Shown: piece by piece, positions 27,711-39,800 of the stretch
How the letters are laid out: each line of letters starts with the position of its first letter
Numbering within the stretch: position 1 is the stretch's first letter
DNA from: a virus
Taxonomy: Duplodnaviria; Heunggongvirae; Uroviricota; Caudoviricetes
DNA: 64,000 nucleotides
IMG/VR virus record: IMGVR_UViG_3300028805_000047
Direction: 5' to 3' (one strand)
Notes under the pieces: model-generated
Database searches by the model: none
Told to the model about the DNA's origin: nothing
Seen by the model: the letters and a program-made list of their open reading frames with translations, nothing else
Made by a program: the position numbers and the translations under genes

Positions 27711-29237
27711 ATGGAAAACGATAAATTTAAACTTCCTGAAAACGTATTGCAAGGCAACATAGTTGATTTGACTATGCAGATGTATGCGTCAGGTATCGAA
27801 AAGAATGTAGCTGAACTGGAGCTACATAACATGCAGTATGACAGCAAGCTTATAGAGGATGTCATAAAGAAGGTATACGGTAAGGATGATGCCTTCCGTA
27901 AACATTACAATGAAAGAATCAAAAAGTTCGGCAGCTACTGTGAAAAATTGAAAGAAGTCCTTTCTGAAAACAAGGATGACGTCAACAGTGTCAAAGTCCT
28001 TTCCATAATGGAGGATTTTGAAAAAATCTACACTAAGAGAAACTTCAGATTAAAGGCAACTTCTGTGTACGAGGCTGCTGTCGCTTACTGCAACGCCCTT
28101 TCAAGATACACGAATTATCTTGAGCCTGTAAAGGATTATATAGAGGCTGTGAGCAAGACGGTTCTTTCAGACCGTTATGCGATAGAGGCTATGCGTTTCA
28201 TAAAGGTTGCTGAAACCTACAAGTCAAATGTGTTGTTCCGTGATTCCGCAATCAACTTCATAAATGAGGTTTGTGAAAATATTTCAGTTGTTGATGCTGA
28301 AAGAACGCCGATAGACGAGGTTTTCGCTCAATATAGACAGCTTCCGTTCATTAAGAAGTATTTCGACGCCCAGACCAAGGAAAAAGCTCCTGTAGCAAGC
28401 CTAATTGAATATAACGAGATGTATATGCCTATTATGGAATTCAATGAAGACACTTATCTTCATCTGAACAACCAGCTTTACTGCTACAGTCCTCGTGACA
28501 CACAAGGTTATACATATTTCAGACCATGCCGTTTTGCAGACTGTAAGGATATTAACGATATTGATTTCATGTCTTACAAGAATTTGGTTGAAGCTTCAGG
28601 AATATTCAAATATGACATGTCAAGTAAAAGCTTCTCGTTCATGGAAGGTATCACATACTTTCCAGGCCGAAACATATTGCAGATTCAAGACCGTGAATAC
28701 AAGACAATATCGACATATGACCTTATAGAAGAAGCTCGTCAGTTTACAACATTCCATAACCGTACTGACAAGATGCGTGAAATAATGCAGTTCATTGAAA
28801 ACAGAAGCAAGATTGCTGATATTTCAAAATACTTCAAATGCCGTATCTATGGTAACTCGCTTACTGACAACAAGGTGATATTCTTCGAACACAAATACAA
28901 CCATAATAAATTCTGTGCATTGTATTTCAATGACAAGACATCTGTGTTCAAAGACTACAAAGACCTTAATGAGGCTGTGAACGACATGACGAAATGGAAC
29001 GGTGTCGATATGAAGAAAGTGTTCCGTGACGACCTTATAAGATACAACAGTGTTTCTTCAACCAATGAAATGAAGAAAATGCTTCTTGATAAGGATATTT
29101 CAATGCTTGAAAGCCTTAACGAGTCTGTAAGCTCTATCAAGTACCAGTCTGAAGAACAAAAGGCTGCAATTGAGAACGCTAAGAAACTTATAGAAAACTA
29201 TAAGAAAAAATTGCAAGACCAGTCTGAAAGACTGTAA
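27711..29237 (+). CDS. hypothetical late protein
   Basis: 508-aa ORF; TATAAATA at 27667. Confidence 0.8.
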   Translation: MENDKFKLPENVLQGNIVDLTMQMYASGIEKNVAELELHNMQYDSKLIEDVIKKVYGKDDAFRKHYNERIKKFGSYCEKLKEVLSENKDDVNSVKVLSIMEDFEKIYTKRNFRLKATSVYEAAVAYCNALSRYTNYLEPVKDYIEAVSKTVLSDRYAIEAMRFIKVAETYKSNVLFRDSAINFINEVCENISVVDAERTPIDEVFAQYRQLPFIKKYFDAQTKEKAPVASLIEYNEMYMPIMEFNEDTYLHLNNQLYCYSPRDTQGYTYFRPCRFADCKDINDIDFMSYKNLVEASGIFKYDMSSKSFSFMEGITYFPGRNILQIQDREYKTISTYDLIEEARQFTTFHNRTDKMREIMQFIENRSKIADISKYFKCRIYGNSLTDNKVIFFEHKYNHNKFCALYFNDKTSVFKDYKDLNEAVNDMTKWNGVDMKKVFRDDLIRYNSVSSTNEMKKMLLDKDISMLESLNESVSSIKYQSEEQKAAIENAKKLIENYKKKLQDQSERL

Positions 29238-29283
29238 TTGAATTATTTAGTTAAATATATATTAATCTAATTGTGATAAAATT

Positions 29284-29649
29284 ATGAAAACACGTAAAAT
29301 ACAACTTCCTTCTTTCAAATCATTCTTGGAAGGAAAAGGAATTAATGAAAGTGAAGGTTCTGATCATGTAGAAGCAGTTCTTAATGATTGTCTTTCAGAC
29401 TATATTGAAGACAGCAGTTCTAATGGAATTCAATCAGAATCAGGACAGACTTTAATTTTTAAATATAGTCTTGATGAAACAAAAATCGAAAATGACACTT
29501 ATGCATTAGAGGATATTAAGAGTAAGGTTGAAGATGCATTATATAATGCATTTGGTGACGATTTCGAAATGACTGAATTTGTTCCAGGTGATGGACATAA
29601 TATAACAATTGAAGTTACCTGCAATAACGGAGCTCTTGACTTGATATAA
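29284..29649 (+). CDS. putative virion internal protein (CTS-like LPSFKSFLE..INES)
   Basis: N-terminal motif. Confidence 0.7.
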   Translation: MKTRKIQLPSFKSFLEGKGINESEGSDHVEAVLNDCLSDYIEDSSSNGIQSESGQTLIFKYSLDETKIENDTYALEDIKSKVEDALYNAFGDDFEMTEFVPGDGHNITIEVTCNNGALDLI

Positions 29650-29674
29650 CACAATAAATTATTAAATCTACATT

Positions 29675-30277
29675 ATGGCTTTTCTTTCAGGGTCAAATAA
29701 CAGATTTGAATTCAGCTTTCCAATCAGCTTCGTGCCTGATTGGATTGCTGAAAAATATAATGATGTTATCAACAAGCTTCCTGACTATCCTGTTGACAAT
29801 GTGCTTGATTTCATAAACCTGGCAGTACAAGGAATTTCACTGCCTCTGTCAGTGCAACAGGAAACAATAGAGCAGACTGATATGAATGACAGAGATTCAA
29901 GACACTATAGAAGTTCAATATCTATAGAGGATATGTTCCAAAAAGATTTTAAGGTAACTGTAAGACTTGATCAAAGCTACCTTATGTACTTTATAATGCT
30001 TGACCTCTATTTTTATTATTTTGCAACATTCAAAGAGAAGCTTCTTCCTGAAGCATTCATGATTTCTGTCTTAGACAACCACAATACAAAAGTATATGAC
30101 ATAAAACTGAAGGAAGTTCTGTTTACCAATGTACAGGGAATTGATTTAGATTTCTCAAGCAAGACTGTTGATTTGAAGAAGGCTGAACTTTCATTCAAAG
30201 TGAATAATATGAGCGTAATCCTTAATGGTAAAGAATATGCCGTACCTGACGTCTATAAAGATCAATATGTATTTTAA
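29675..30277 (+). CDS. tail tube-fold / tail completion-like protein
   Basis: VQGISLP...FKVTVRLDQSY...LDFS...ELSFK pattern typical of T4-like tube-fold proteins; structural context. Confidence 0.5.
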   Translation: MAFLSGSNNRFEFSFPISFVPDWIAEKYNDVINKLPDYPVDNVLDFINLAVQGISLPLSVQQETIEQTDMNDRDSRHYRSSISIEDMFQKDFKVTVRLDQSYLMYFIMLDLYFYYFATFKEKLLPEAFMISVLDNHNTKVYDIKLKEVLFTNVQGIDLDFSSKTVDLKKAELSFKVNNMSVILNGKEYAVPDVYKDQYVF

Positions 30278-30304
30278 TTTTTAACAAGCGATAATCGTTC
30301 AATA

Positions 30305-31348
30305 ATGGAAACACTTGTAACATTCAGCTCATTTTTCAATGACGGCAATAATTCAAAGAAGGACATGTTTCTTAAAGAACTTGCTGAATCTGATTTTACA
30401 ATCGGTCATCCTATGAATTCTGACGACTTTGAAGGATTTAAGGAACTTGCATTGGAAAAGGGAATAAAAGTCACACCTGAAGACTTTGACAAGTATTTTA
30501 ATTATTTTAACGAATTACGTAATAATGAGGATGAAGATATGATAGAGAACAATTCAATAATGGAAGGTGCAAAGCCTTATAAGTATGTTCCTGATATTAA
30601 GGAATGGCAGAAGATGTATGGTTATTTCAAAAACCGTTCAAGAATAAACTTTGCTTCGGCGTCTGAAAAGAAATGCATTGACAGATACTTGATAGCTCGT
30701 TATGTAAAATGGGCTGACGCTGAACAATGTGCCTATGAGAAACTTAATGATTACGGTAAAAGCCGTAAAGACATGGACATAATTTATGATGAGTTTGTCA
30801 AGGAAATGAATGATCCAAAATATAATTTTATAGACATAAACACGATTGTTTATGAATTCAATAAATTTAATGATTCTGGATATAATATGCAAAATTCGAT
30901 TCTTCCTAAGTCTGTCAATGACCTTTTTAGAAAGAACCATATAATATATAAAACAAAATCTGAAAAGCCGTACAGACTGTACAGTAATGAATACAGTAAT
31001 GGTCGTGTCTATTCGGTAGGAGCTGAGATAACGTTGCATAAAGAAGATAACTATAACTCTGATAAGCAAGTTGTTGTTCATGTCGTAAACCACACAAATG
31101 AAGGAGGAGGTTCTTACGGGTATTCAGCAAAGGTTGACGGAAACAAAGTCAACGACATGTCAATTTGGAGCGTTGAACAAGTGTCTGCTGGAGAACTAGT
31201 AACAAAGTTCTTTCAAAAGATAATTGATGCTTTGGATAAAGAACCTGTGTCAGAATCAATTGAAACAAAGTCAAATAAGAGCGATGTTACAAAGAGCTCA
31301 GTATGTCAGCTACAGACCTTCTCGCAATTTTTGAGACACATCCGATAG
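30305..31348 (+). CDS. putative virion internal protein (CTS-like METLVTFSSFFND)
   Basis: 347-aa ORF. Confidence 0.7.
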   Translation: METLVTFSSFFNDGNNSKKDMFLKELAESDFTIGHPMNSDDFEGFKELALEKGIKVTPEDFDKYFNYFNELRNNEDEDMIENNSIMEGAKPYKYVPDIKEWQKMYGYFKNRSRINFASASEKKCIDRYLIARYVKWADAEQCAYEKLNDYGKSRKDMDIIYDEFVKEMNDPKYNFIDINTIVYEFNKFNDSGYNMQNSILPKSVNDLFRKNHIIYKTKSEKPYRLYSNEYSNGRVYSVGAEITLHKEDNYNSDKQVVVHVVNHTNEGGGSYGYSAKVDGNKVNDMSIWSVEQVSAGELVTKFFQKIIDALDKEPVSESIETKSNKSDVTKSSVCQLQTFSQFLRHIR

Positions 31349-31383
31349 CCAAAAAGAAACTGAAGGTTGAATTGAATCTATAT
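31294..31383 (+). repeat. diverged copy of thymidylate-synthase-like gene segment 25473..25562
   Basis: 77/90 nt identical by manual alignment. Confidence 0.85.
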
Positions 31384-31424
31384 ATAATATAGAAAATGAT
31401 AAATTTTTTGTAAAAACATTTGAT

Positions 31425-32300
31425 ATGAGTTCTGACAGCAGCAAGGTACAGTCATTTAATGAGAAATTCAATTTCGATGATATAATCATAAGACGGATTA
31501 TAGCTGCGGCTTTGAAGGAAATGAATTCTCTGATATGTTTTTATCAGAGAACTGATGCCAATACTCTAAAACGAATTGACGTGCCTGTAATGCTTTCAGT
31601 GTCTGGATCTGAACAATTCTTACGGGACAAATTCATTTATGAACTTGAGGGTGAAGACAAGGCGCAGCTAAATTATGAATCTGTTCCAAGATGTGTATTA
31701 AAGTTCAGCGGACTTGCGATAAAAACTCAAGAAAACACAAACAGGTATACACAGACAAGATTTGTGAAAGAAGTCTATGGTACTTTAAGGGAATGTAGGA
31801 TTAAAACTGAGTTCGTACCAGTCGATCTTTCATTTTCTGCAGAACTTGTATCTTCAAACGTTAATGAAATGTTCAAACTTACAGAATGCCTTGTATCAAG
31901 AATCTACCACAATATAAATGCTTTCACTGTTGATGCAGGTATTTTCAATATGGATGCAGCTATTTCTCCTGTTGAGTCATATCAGAATACATACAATGTG
32001 GAATTTCAGTCAAATCAGAAAAAAGAATTCAAGACAACTTTCGATGTAAAAGTTTCTTCTTTCCTGCCATGTTTTGCTGACGGAATATTATTGAATGAAA
32101 TTGACGAAGCCCTTACATATATTAAAAATCCTGAAAATAATAACGGCATTGTAGAATTTTACAGAGATAAGGACGGAATTGTCAAAGCAAGATTGAATGC
32201 TCTTACAAAAATTGATGTTAATTTCAATTTGAATAAGGAACATCCAGAAGTAAGAGATGAGTTTAAGCATTCTGTAAAGCCTCCATATATTGGAGACTAA
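31425..32300 (+). CDS. tail sheath stabilizer/completion protein (T4 gp15-like)
   Basis: IIRRII..L, IDVP, PR, VPVDLSFSAEL, KTTFDVKV pattern; structural cluster. Confidence 0.65.
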   Translation: MSSDSSKVQSFNEKFNFDDIIIRRIIAAALKEMNSLICFYQRTDANTLKRIDVPVMLSVSGSEQFLRDKFIYELEGEDKAQLNYESVPRCVLKFSGLAIKTQENTNRYTQTRFVKEVYGTLRECRIKTEFVPVDLSFSAELVSSNVNEMFKLTECLVSRIYHNINAFTVDAGIFNMDAAISPVESYQNTYNVEFQSNQKKEFKTTFDVKVSSFLPCFADGILLNEIDEALTYIKNPENNNGIVEFYRDKDGIVKARLNALTKIDVNFNLNKEHPEVRDEFKHSVKPPYIGD

Positions 32301-32349
32301 TATCTAATAAATAATAAAATAGAATAAATAAAATTTAAAAAATAATACT

Positions 32350-32859
32350 ATGGAAAACCTAAAGACATTTAAAGCCTTTGTTAATGAGGATATTGAAGAT
32401 GACCAAGGTAAAGAAACCTATACAGGTCATTTCTATGTACTCAATAAATATGGAAATATTGAAAGCGACTTTACTGATAGCTGTACTGCAAAAAATCAGG
32501 AAGAGGCTGAAAAAATTCTTTTTGGTCGGAATGGTACTTATTCAAAGGGTCCTGATAAAGTTGTAGAGGTTGATTTTATTAAAAAATCTTCAGCTTTTAC
32601 TTATGAATCTAAAAATAAAGTGAATGAAGGTTTTAAATTTGATGAAAAGATAGAAAATTTCCTTTATAACAACAGATATGTAAGAAACAAGGCTGATGCA
32701 GTTGATCTTGCGGCCGACATCATAGAAATTGTTACATCAAAAGATGTTGACGAACTTGCAAAGGCACTTCAGGATTACTGGTCAAGCGTTTATGACAAAA
32801 ATACGGATTATGACGAATGCCTTCAGAAAGCACAGTTCTTGCTAAAAGAAGTGGCATAA
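32350..32859 (+). CDS. putative virion internal protein (CTS-like MENLKTFKAFVNE)
   Basis: N-terminal motif and internal VNEG. Confidence 0.7.
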   Translation: MENLKTFKAFVNEDIEDDQGKETYTGHFYVLNKYGNIESDFTDSCTAKNQEEAEKILFGRNGTYSKGPDKVVEVDFIKKSSAFTYESKNKVNEGFKFDEKIENFLYNNRYVRNKADAVDLAADIIEIVTSKDVDELAKALQDYWSSVYDKNTDYDECLQKAQFLLKEVA

Positions 32860-32907
32860 CAGTTCTTAAGTAGGCTGAATCATTTATACAATAAAAATCT
32901 AAAAATC

Positions 32908-32945
32908 AAAACCGTCATTAGGAGGACTTTCTAATGACGGTTTTT
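32908..32945 (+). terminator. rho-independent terminator
   Basis: AAAACCGTCATTAG/CTAATGACGGTTTTT. Confidence 0.85.
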
Positions 32946-33009
32946 ATAAATATATGTAAGGTAAAAAATTATGCTATAAAAATCTACAAACATTTAAGAA
33001 TAAGTAATT

Positions 33010-33897
33010 ATGGCTAGTGTTTATGCTGTACAAAACGGAAACTGGAACGACGGTTCAACTTGGAGTACTGGAACTGTGCCAACTGCTGACGATGACGTAT
33101 ATATGAACGGGCATAACATAACTGCTGACATTGGTGAAATATCTGCAAAAAATATAACTAATGACACAGACGGTACTGCTATCGCTGGAGGTAGAATAAA
33201 TTCAATCACACCGGTCAGTTTGGTAATAAACGCAAATTTGACAGCAAGAGTCACTCATTTAGTTTACTCAAACATTAATGGAAAAACGGTAATCGTATAT
33301 GGTAATACTATTGGCGATTCAACGGCTGCTTGTGCTGTATCTTTAAGCAATACATCTACAGTAAATGTATATGGAGATGTATATAAATACTCATTTGAAC
33401 AACAGTCAAACTTTCTATATGTCACAATATACGGTAATGTCTATTGTAATGAAGGCTCACCAATACTTCATTACACAGGAGGGTTTGGTCCAGGATGGAC
33501 AATAAATGGAAGCTTGCATATAGGAAATTCAATAAGAGACACTCAGATAGAAAATTACGCATTGCAAGTAGATGGAAATGCTTATTTTTATGGAGATTTT
33601 GTTTTAAATGGTCTTTCTAACAGAATACATCATTTTTCTAATGGAATAGTAGATGTACAGAACAGTAACAGTTCATTTCCGTTCAACGGATATTTCGATT
33701 TTGCTAATGTAGAGTTTAGAGGTAAACTTGTAGAGACTGTCCCTGAGAATGTCGTTCTTGAAGGGTATGAGTATGGATATGATAAAACTGGAACACTTAA
33801 CATATCTGGAGTTGATGAAAATACCTTATTGAAAATATTTAAGAAGGCTCTTATATGGTTTGAAAACCGTCATGAAAAACATTTAAAAATTACTTAA
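33010..33897 (+). CDS. beta-helix-like protein with G8-like N-terminus (putative fibre/adhesin)
   Basis: GNWNDGSTWSTGTVPTADDDVY; VxIYGN repeats; TATAAATA at 32945. Confidence 0.55.
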   Translation: MASVYAVQNGNWNDGSTWSTGTVPTADDDVYMNGHNITADIGEISAKNITNDTDGTAIAGGRINSITPVSLVINANLTARVTHLVYSNINGKTVIVYGNTIGDSTAACAVSLSNTSTVNVYGDVYKYSFEQQSNFLYVTIYGNVYCNEGSPILHYTGGFGPGWTINGSLHIGNSIRDTQIENYALQVDGNAYFYGDFVLNGLSNRIHHFSNGIVDVQNSNSSFPFNGYFDFANVEFRGKLVETVPENVVLEGYEYGYDKTGTLNISGVDENTLLKIFKKALIWFENRHEKHLKIT

Positions 33898-33918
33898 TAT
33901 ATTTGCAATAAATAATTT

Positions 33919-34476
33919 ATGCAGAAGTTATTCGACATAAAACGGACATTGGAAGACGGATCAATTGATTTGTCTGATAAAGTGTTACAAACAGACGAGT
34001 TTGAAACAACAGGCATAATTACGCTTAAAGAAAATGAACGCGCAAGAATTGACAAGATTTCATACCGTCAATACGGGCATTATAATATGATTGATTCTTT
34101 GATGTACGCAAATTCCATAATAAACCCGTTTTCAATATCACAAAACCAAGTAATGCTGTTGCCTGTTGATTCTGACGAAGACCATTATTCTAAAAATACT
34201 GATGTCGTATTTAAGGAAAAATCAAATCCTTCTATTACTGACTATAATTATGATGACAAGTCAGAACAAAAAGAATTTATTGAAAAGACAAAACTTGCAA
34301 ACAATAAGCTGAAGTCAACAACTGATACCAACAGACAAAAGAGACTACAGGCATTACAGGATAAATTTGTACAAGGTTCTAATACTGATGCGACATCACT
34401 TGTAAAACGTGATACAATTGAAATGGCCGAAATTAAGAATAACAATAATGTAAGTGTCGACTTGAATAAACAATAA
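33919..34476 (+). CDS. baseplate wedge protein (T4 gp53/LysM-like)
   Basis: RIDKISYRQYG...LMYANSIINPFSI...LLP. Confidence 0.7.
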   Translation: MQKLFDIKRTLEDGSIDLSDKVLQTDEFETTGIITLKENERARIDKISYRQYGHYNMIDSLMYANSIINPFSISQNQVMLLPVDSDEDHYSKNTDVVFKEKSNPSITDYNYDDKSEQKEFIEKTKLANNKLKSTTDTNRQKRLQALQDKFVQGSNTDATSLVKRDTIEMAEIKNNNNVSVDLNKQ

Positions 34477-34482
34477 CAGATT

Positions 34483-36807
34483 ATGAATATAGAAAACCTT
34501 TTATTTTTCACAAAAGATGGAACACCGTTAAATCTTTCATATAATGGAAAGTATTGGGAAGGCATAATCTGTTTCAAACCTACTTCTGTCGAGCATTATT
34601 CTGTTGAAACGATACGAATTGTAGAAAAAACTGTTATTGACGACGAAGAAACACTTATATATCCTAAGTCGTCTGACGACATTCATGAATTCCTTACACT
34701 GTATTGGGATTCAAACAATACATTCGTCGATGAATTTGCATTATTCAAATTTGATGAAGAGCAGCAATTTATAACAGACACGTCTGCCCTTAAATTTACA
34801 TATCAAGATGGTCCTGACATATCAGACATTCTTTCAACAAATGATCAAGAATGGTTTTTACGGCTTGACGGTGGACCTGAGTCAAGTGAATCAGAATTTG
34901 AAGAAAGTGAATCTGAAACAATTTATGTCAATACAGACACGCTTGACATTCATATAATGTTTTCGGCTGATGAAAGATATTTAAGCAGAACTTTTCAAAG
35001 GACGCTTTATATTGATGTAATAAATCTTGATAACAGACGTACAAAACTTGCTGAAATACGTTTATTCGGAGAAGCAGTATTTGAAGATGAGCGGCTTGAA
35101 GTCCTTTGTTCAAACCTTGGATATGATTTTACAAAGTATGACGTACTTATGTTGAAGGACTCTGATATAAACGAGCCGACATATGACAGACAACTTGTAA
35201 ATCTTAAAAGAAAAGAACTACTGCTTGAAGGACCTGAGATATTCTCACATATCGGAAGCTATTCGTCCCTTATAGACATTATAAAGTTCTATGGATATGA
35301 TATGAGGATTCTTGAACATTGGTATAATGTCAATAACGGAAAATTCATACAGACTGAATATCTAAAGAATATCGAGCTGCCAAGCCAAGACTATCTTAAA
35401 TCAGATTACATATCGCTTGCATATGACATATCAAAGGCAACAAATGAATTGGATAATGACGGACTTCCATTAGTAAGGGAGGTGTTTGACTATTCAATAG
35501 AGACGGCAAATTTCAAATTGTCATTATTGAAAAAGAAACTTAACAATGCATTTATGCCTGTAAGCTCAAGAATTATAGACATAATTGGAGAGGCTATAAG
35601 TTTCAGTAAGTCGAATATGTGGAACATTATTCAACAAAACAGGTTTGAAGAAATTACTGCAGGTGAGGCGAATGCTGAAATAAAGTGCCTTTCAACAGAT
35701 GTGTTTATTACGTCTGATAATAAGTTTGACAAATATTTAGGACAAGAATCTTATACGCCTGTAGAAGAGTCTGATAAGTTCATTGAATATGATTCAAATC
35801 ATGACAGTATAGACAATGAGAGTTTTGAAGATTCTGAAAGTTCTGAAAGTGAAGATACAAAAATTTCCGCAAAATGTGTATTGGAGTTTGTAATACCGGA
35901 TAAAGATATAATTACTATTGGAGACTCAAATATCACAATAGAGGATTTTGATGATTCAATAACTCTTGGCAATAGTGATTATGTGCAGAAATATCAATCT
36001 CTTAAATGGGTCATAACACATGAAGATTATAACGATGATGAAATAATCATAGAGGGATCTTATGAAGATGTAAACAAAGTATTATTAAGGTTACGTCATA
36101 CAGGGATATATCATGCAAATTGTATTTTTACCGACATATACAATAATATCTCAACTACAAATACACTTGATATAAATGTAAGACCTCTTCAAATTGAATT
36201 ACAAGGATTTTACTATGATGCACGACAAAATCCTAATGCGTCGCTTTATACTTATGAGCAAAAGAAGGATTTGGTGTATATGGTAAACGATATTAAAAAC
36301 TATATCTACAACAATCTCGAAGATTCTGAAAATCCTGATTGGAAAAAAATTTATTCATCATATTTTTTCAGTAACTTAAAAACATTAAAGTTCACAACGA
36401 CAGCAAATATAGATTATCTCGTATCTGAACATTGCGACAATATTGAAGACGTAATACCTCATTTCAACAGGTTAAGGTATATCTATAACGGAGTTACTGT
36501 CCGTCCTTATACTTGGATAGTACTTTCTTCAAACCTTTCAAGGATTGCAGGTGTTAAATCTTACAGATGGACAGTTTATAAAGGTAGTAATGTAGATTAC
36601 AGTACTGATAATCAATTCTTTGTACATATGTTCAAAGATGAAGATGAGTATTCTGTATCGCTTACTGTCACTGATATTAACGGAAATGAATATACAAAAA
36701 TTTCAAAATGCATTAAAGTCCGCAAGAGAGCAGGACAGGAAAGCGTTCTAAATAACGTATTCTTAAAGAAGTTTGAAATAATAGGTAATAATGTTTTCAA
36801 GTTCTGA
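34483..36807 (+). CDS. putative baseplate protein with C-terminal PKD/Ig-like domains
   Basis: IGSYSSL..IIKFYGY..ILEHW; YSVSLTVTDINGN. Confidence 0.6.
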   Translation: MNIENLLFFTKDGTPLNLSYNGKYWEGIICFKPTSVEHYSVETIRIVEKTVIDDEETLIYPKSSDDIHEFLTLYWDSNNTFVDEFALFKFDEEQQFITDTSALKFTYQDGPDISDILSTNDQEWFLRLDGGPESSESEFEESESETIYVNTDTLDIHIMFSADERYLSRTFQRTLYIDVINLDNRRTKLAEIRLFGEAVFEDERLEVLCSNLGYDFTKYDVLMLKDSDINEPTYDRQLVNLKRKELLLEGPEIFSHIGSYSSLIDIIKFYGYDMRILEHWYNVNNGKFIQTEYLKNIELPSQDYLKSDYISLAYDISKATNELDNDGLPLVREVFDYSIETANFKLSLLKKKLNNAFMPVSSRIIDIIGEAISFSKSNMWNIIQQNRFEEITAGEANAEIKCLSTDVFITSDNKFDKYLGQESYTPVEESDKFIEYDSNHDSIDNESFEDSESSESEDTKISAKCVLEFVIPDKDIITIGDSNITIEDFDDSITLGNSDYVQKYQSLKWVITHEDYNDDEIIIEGSYEDVNKVLLRLRHTGIYHANCIFTDIYNNISTTNTLDINVRPLQIELQGFYYDARQNPNASLYTYEQKKDLVYMVNDIKNYIYNNLEDSENPDWKKIYSSYFFSNLKTLKFTTTANIDYLVSEHCDNIEDVIPHFNRLRYIYNGVTVRPYTWIVLSSNLSRIAGVKSYRWTVYKGSNVDYSTDNQFFVHMFKDEDEYSVSLTVTDINGNEYTKISKCIKVRKRAGQESVLNNVFLKKFEIIGNNVFKF

Positions 36808-36852
36808 TATAAATATATAAATAAATTAAATTAGCATAAATAGGTCAATACA

Positions 36853-39800
36853 ATGTATACAAATTCTATATCGAAACTTTTTGAAAAGATACTTGCTCAG
36901 TCAAACAATTCAGCCTCAATATATAAAGGCATTTCTGACGCCGTGTCTTCACAGTCTCAGGAAGTATCTGTTGAAGTTGAAGATCCAGAAAATCCTGAGA
37001 GCTCTGTAATTATAAAAGTTCCATCATTCGGTTATCTTCTTTCAGCTATTGAAAGAATTGACAATACATTAAAAACTCTTCAGAATGTCGATGCTGGCAG
37101 TGGCAGTACCGTACGTTTGTCAGATGGCTCTTATAGAAAATTGATGCTTGCAAAAGTTCCAAGCGAAGCACCGACTATTAAGAATGTAAACTCAATAACT
37201 GAATTCAAATTTAAGAATAACTGGTTCTTTGAAGACTTGGTAAATCCTTTGTTATTTGCGACAATCGACATAACAGGCCAAGTTCCAGCGAATATAGAAG
37301 AAGTATATGTTGAAAGATATATTCTAAAAATACAGAACAGCGCACAGCAAACTGTTTTTGACACTATGTTCAAAGGTAAGTCTGATATAGACTATAAGTC
37401 GTTTTTATATACGCTTATTCAAAATAAGATGACTTATATCCTTGATTCAGAAGAAAGAAAACTACCTATGCGTAAGAAACGTTTTACAGGTAATTTTTCA
37501 ATTACTGAAATACATGACATTCAGGTAAAACGAACTATAAACAATACTGAATATACTGTAAACGATAAAGAATACATACTTGACACGTTTGAATATACTG
37601 ACAATAATTCAGACTATCAAAATTCAATGACGTTATCTGTCGGTGATGAAATTGAGGTTATAAACGATACAGCGATTTCTACAAAATATCAGATAACTGC
37701 CATTGACAATTCACGTCTTGCAATAAGGGTAAAGCTTATTCAAGGATATGAAGAACTTGTTGTAGGTGAAAATGTTATTAGAATGTCGTCTGAAAAATCA
37801 GATGAAGTAAAAGCTGAAATTCCAATAGGATATGATGAATGTTGCGTAGTGTTCATCAAGCCTATTGATCCTGATTCTCATATCGCTGCTTCAGAATTTT
37901 CACCAGGCACCGGTTTTTACACATCAGACTTGACGTATATAAACCAATCAGGTCAGACTGAGACTTTACAGTCATTTTATGGAAAATATGTCATAGATGT
38001 GGGTAAAATGCTTATATCCATGTCTAAGGATTTTTATCCAACAATAGCTGACGGTGTAATTCCTAATGTACCAATCCTGCAGCAAGAAAATTTCAGGGTT
38101 GTACAAATAAACAAACAAAAGAATTCATCATCATCAACTGAAAAAATGCAAAGCCTTATAGCCAATAAGGTTCAAATTTCTTCAGAACTTGAAACATTGA
38201 ATTCTAAAATTAATAACCTTAATAAAACTATTCAAACATCAATATTTGACTCAGCCAACTCAAGAGCTGCTGTTGAGCAAGAATTGAATGATGCTATTGA
38301 TAAAAGAGACAGTTATCAGGAATCATTTAACTCAGTGATAAATGAAATTGCTGCTCTTGCAAACAGTTCAACTTATCTTGATGAAGCCAAATATCATGTA
38401 AGAGGGTTCTGGCAAGTTCCTGAAGAGCAAGTAACTCCTTCAGGAACGCAGAAGATTATCCGCTTTAAATACAGATATAGATATTTGTCACTTGATGACA
38501 AATCAAACCCTAATGATGAATATGAATATGTTGATGATCAAGGTAATAAGAAAAAAGCTATATATTCATCTTGGGTTGAAGGTGAAACAAATCTTCGTAA
38601 AAGAAGTTTGGACACAGCTACAGGTATGTATTATTGGGAAGATATTGACAACCTTAATGCTGAAAGCATAGACATAAACCAAATAGACATTGCTATAACT
38701 TCAGGTGAAAAAGTTGAGATTCAAGTTGCGTCAGTATCAGAAGCCGGTTATCCTGCAAATCCTCTTATATCTGCTTGGTCTGAATCGGTAATTATTGAAT
38801 ATCCTTCTGTTGTAGCGTCATCTATAAATGCAGATTATATTGAACAGAATAAATTCGACCTTATAACATCTCAGGTTAATTCTATATTGAAATCTGAAAA
38901 TGTTACAAAACACTTGGATTCATCATTTGCAGATAATTCAAAGTATTTTGCACACTCAGCTGATTCAATCGCTTCAGGTTTTGTAACTGCTGAACAAACA
39001 CCTATTACATTGTTTGAAAAGCTTACATCTATTCAAAATGACCTTGATGCCATAATAGCGAGAATTACTGACAATCAACAGGAAATTGTAATTGACCTGC
39101 TTGATTCAGATGGTACAGTATATTCTTTAAAGGAAAACTCAAAGACATATATTTTTGCAGGTTACTATAAAGAATGGGTTGATAAGAATATTGAAGATGA
39201 TACAGCAGTAATTTCAGTAACTGAATATGATGAAAACGGTGATCCTAAAAAAGACCTTTGTGAGGTAACGATATTTCCTAAGGCTGGAGCCATAATGCAG
39301 AAAGAATATAATATTCGTATAGGCATCAAGTCTAATTTGAGATTGCGTTTGCTATCAAAACTTAACGGTAACCGTCTTTCAATGGCTCCTAACAGTTTTG
39401 GTAAGGCTCAGGAACTTGCTTCATCAATGGAATATCTTTCAAAACCATATTCATTCAGATATGACTTGTATGACAATATTGCAAGAGAAGATGTTATTGA
39501 TGACAATTACTATAATACAAAGGGTAGATATGACCTTGTTCCTATAAACCTGAAGTCATCAAACTATCTTGACTTCCAAACAGCATCTCCGAATTTATTC
39601 CAGTCTTCACAACAAAGAGGGCAATTCATATATGCAAGATTCAGAGATGTTTCAAATTCATTTAATATGTATGCAAATGGTTCATCTAATGACATATTTG
39701 ATGAAACAACAAATAGATGGATGTTGAATGATGGTAATGGAATTCTTGATGCTGAAAGCACAATGCAACGAAGTGAATTGTTTGGTGCTGACAGATGGGC

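Noticed and set aside
31305..31348. C-terminal QLQTFSQFLR of ORF 30305 as a CTS-like motif
   Set aside because: It is an alternate-frame reading of the thymidylate-synthase relic, so likely coincidental
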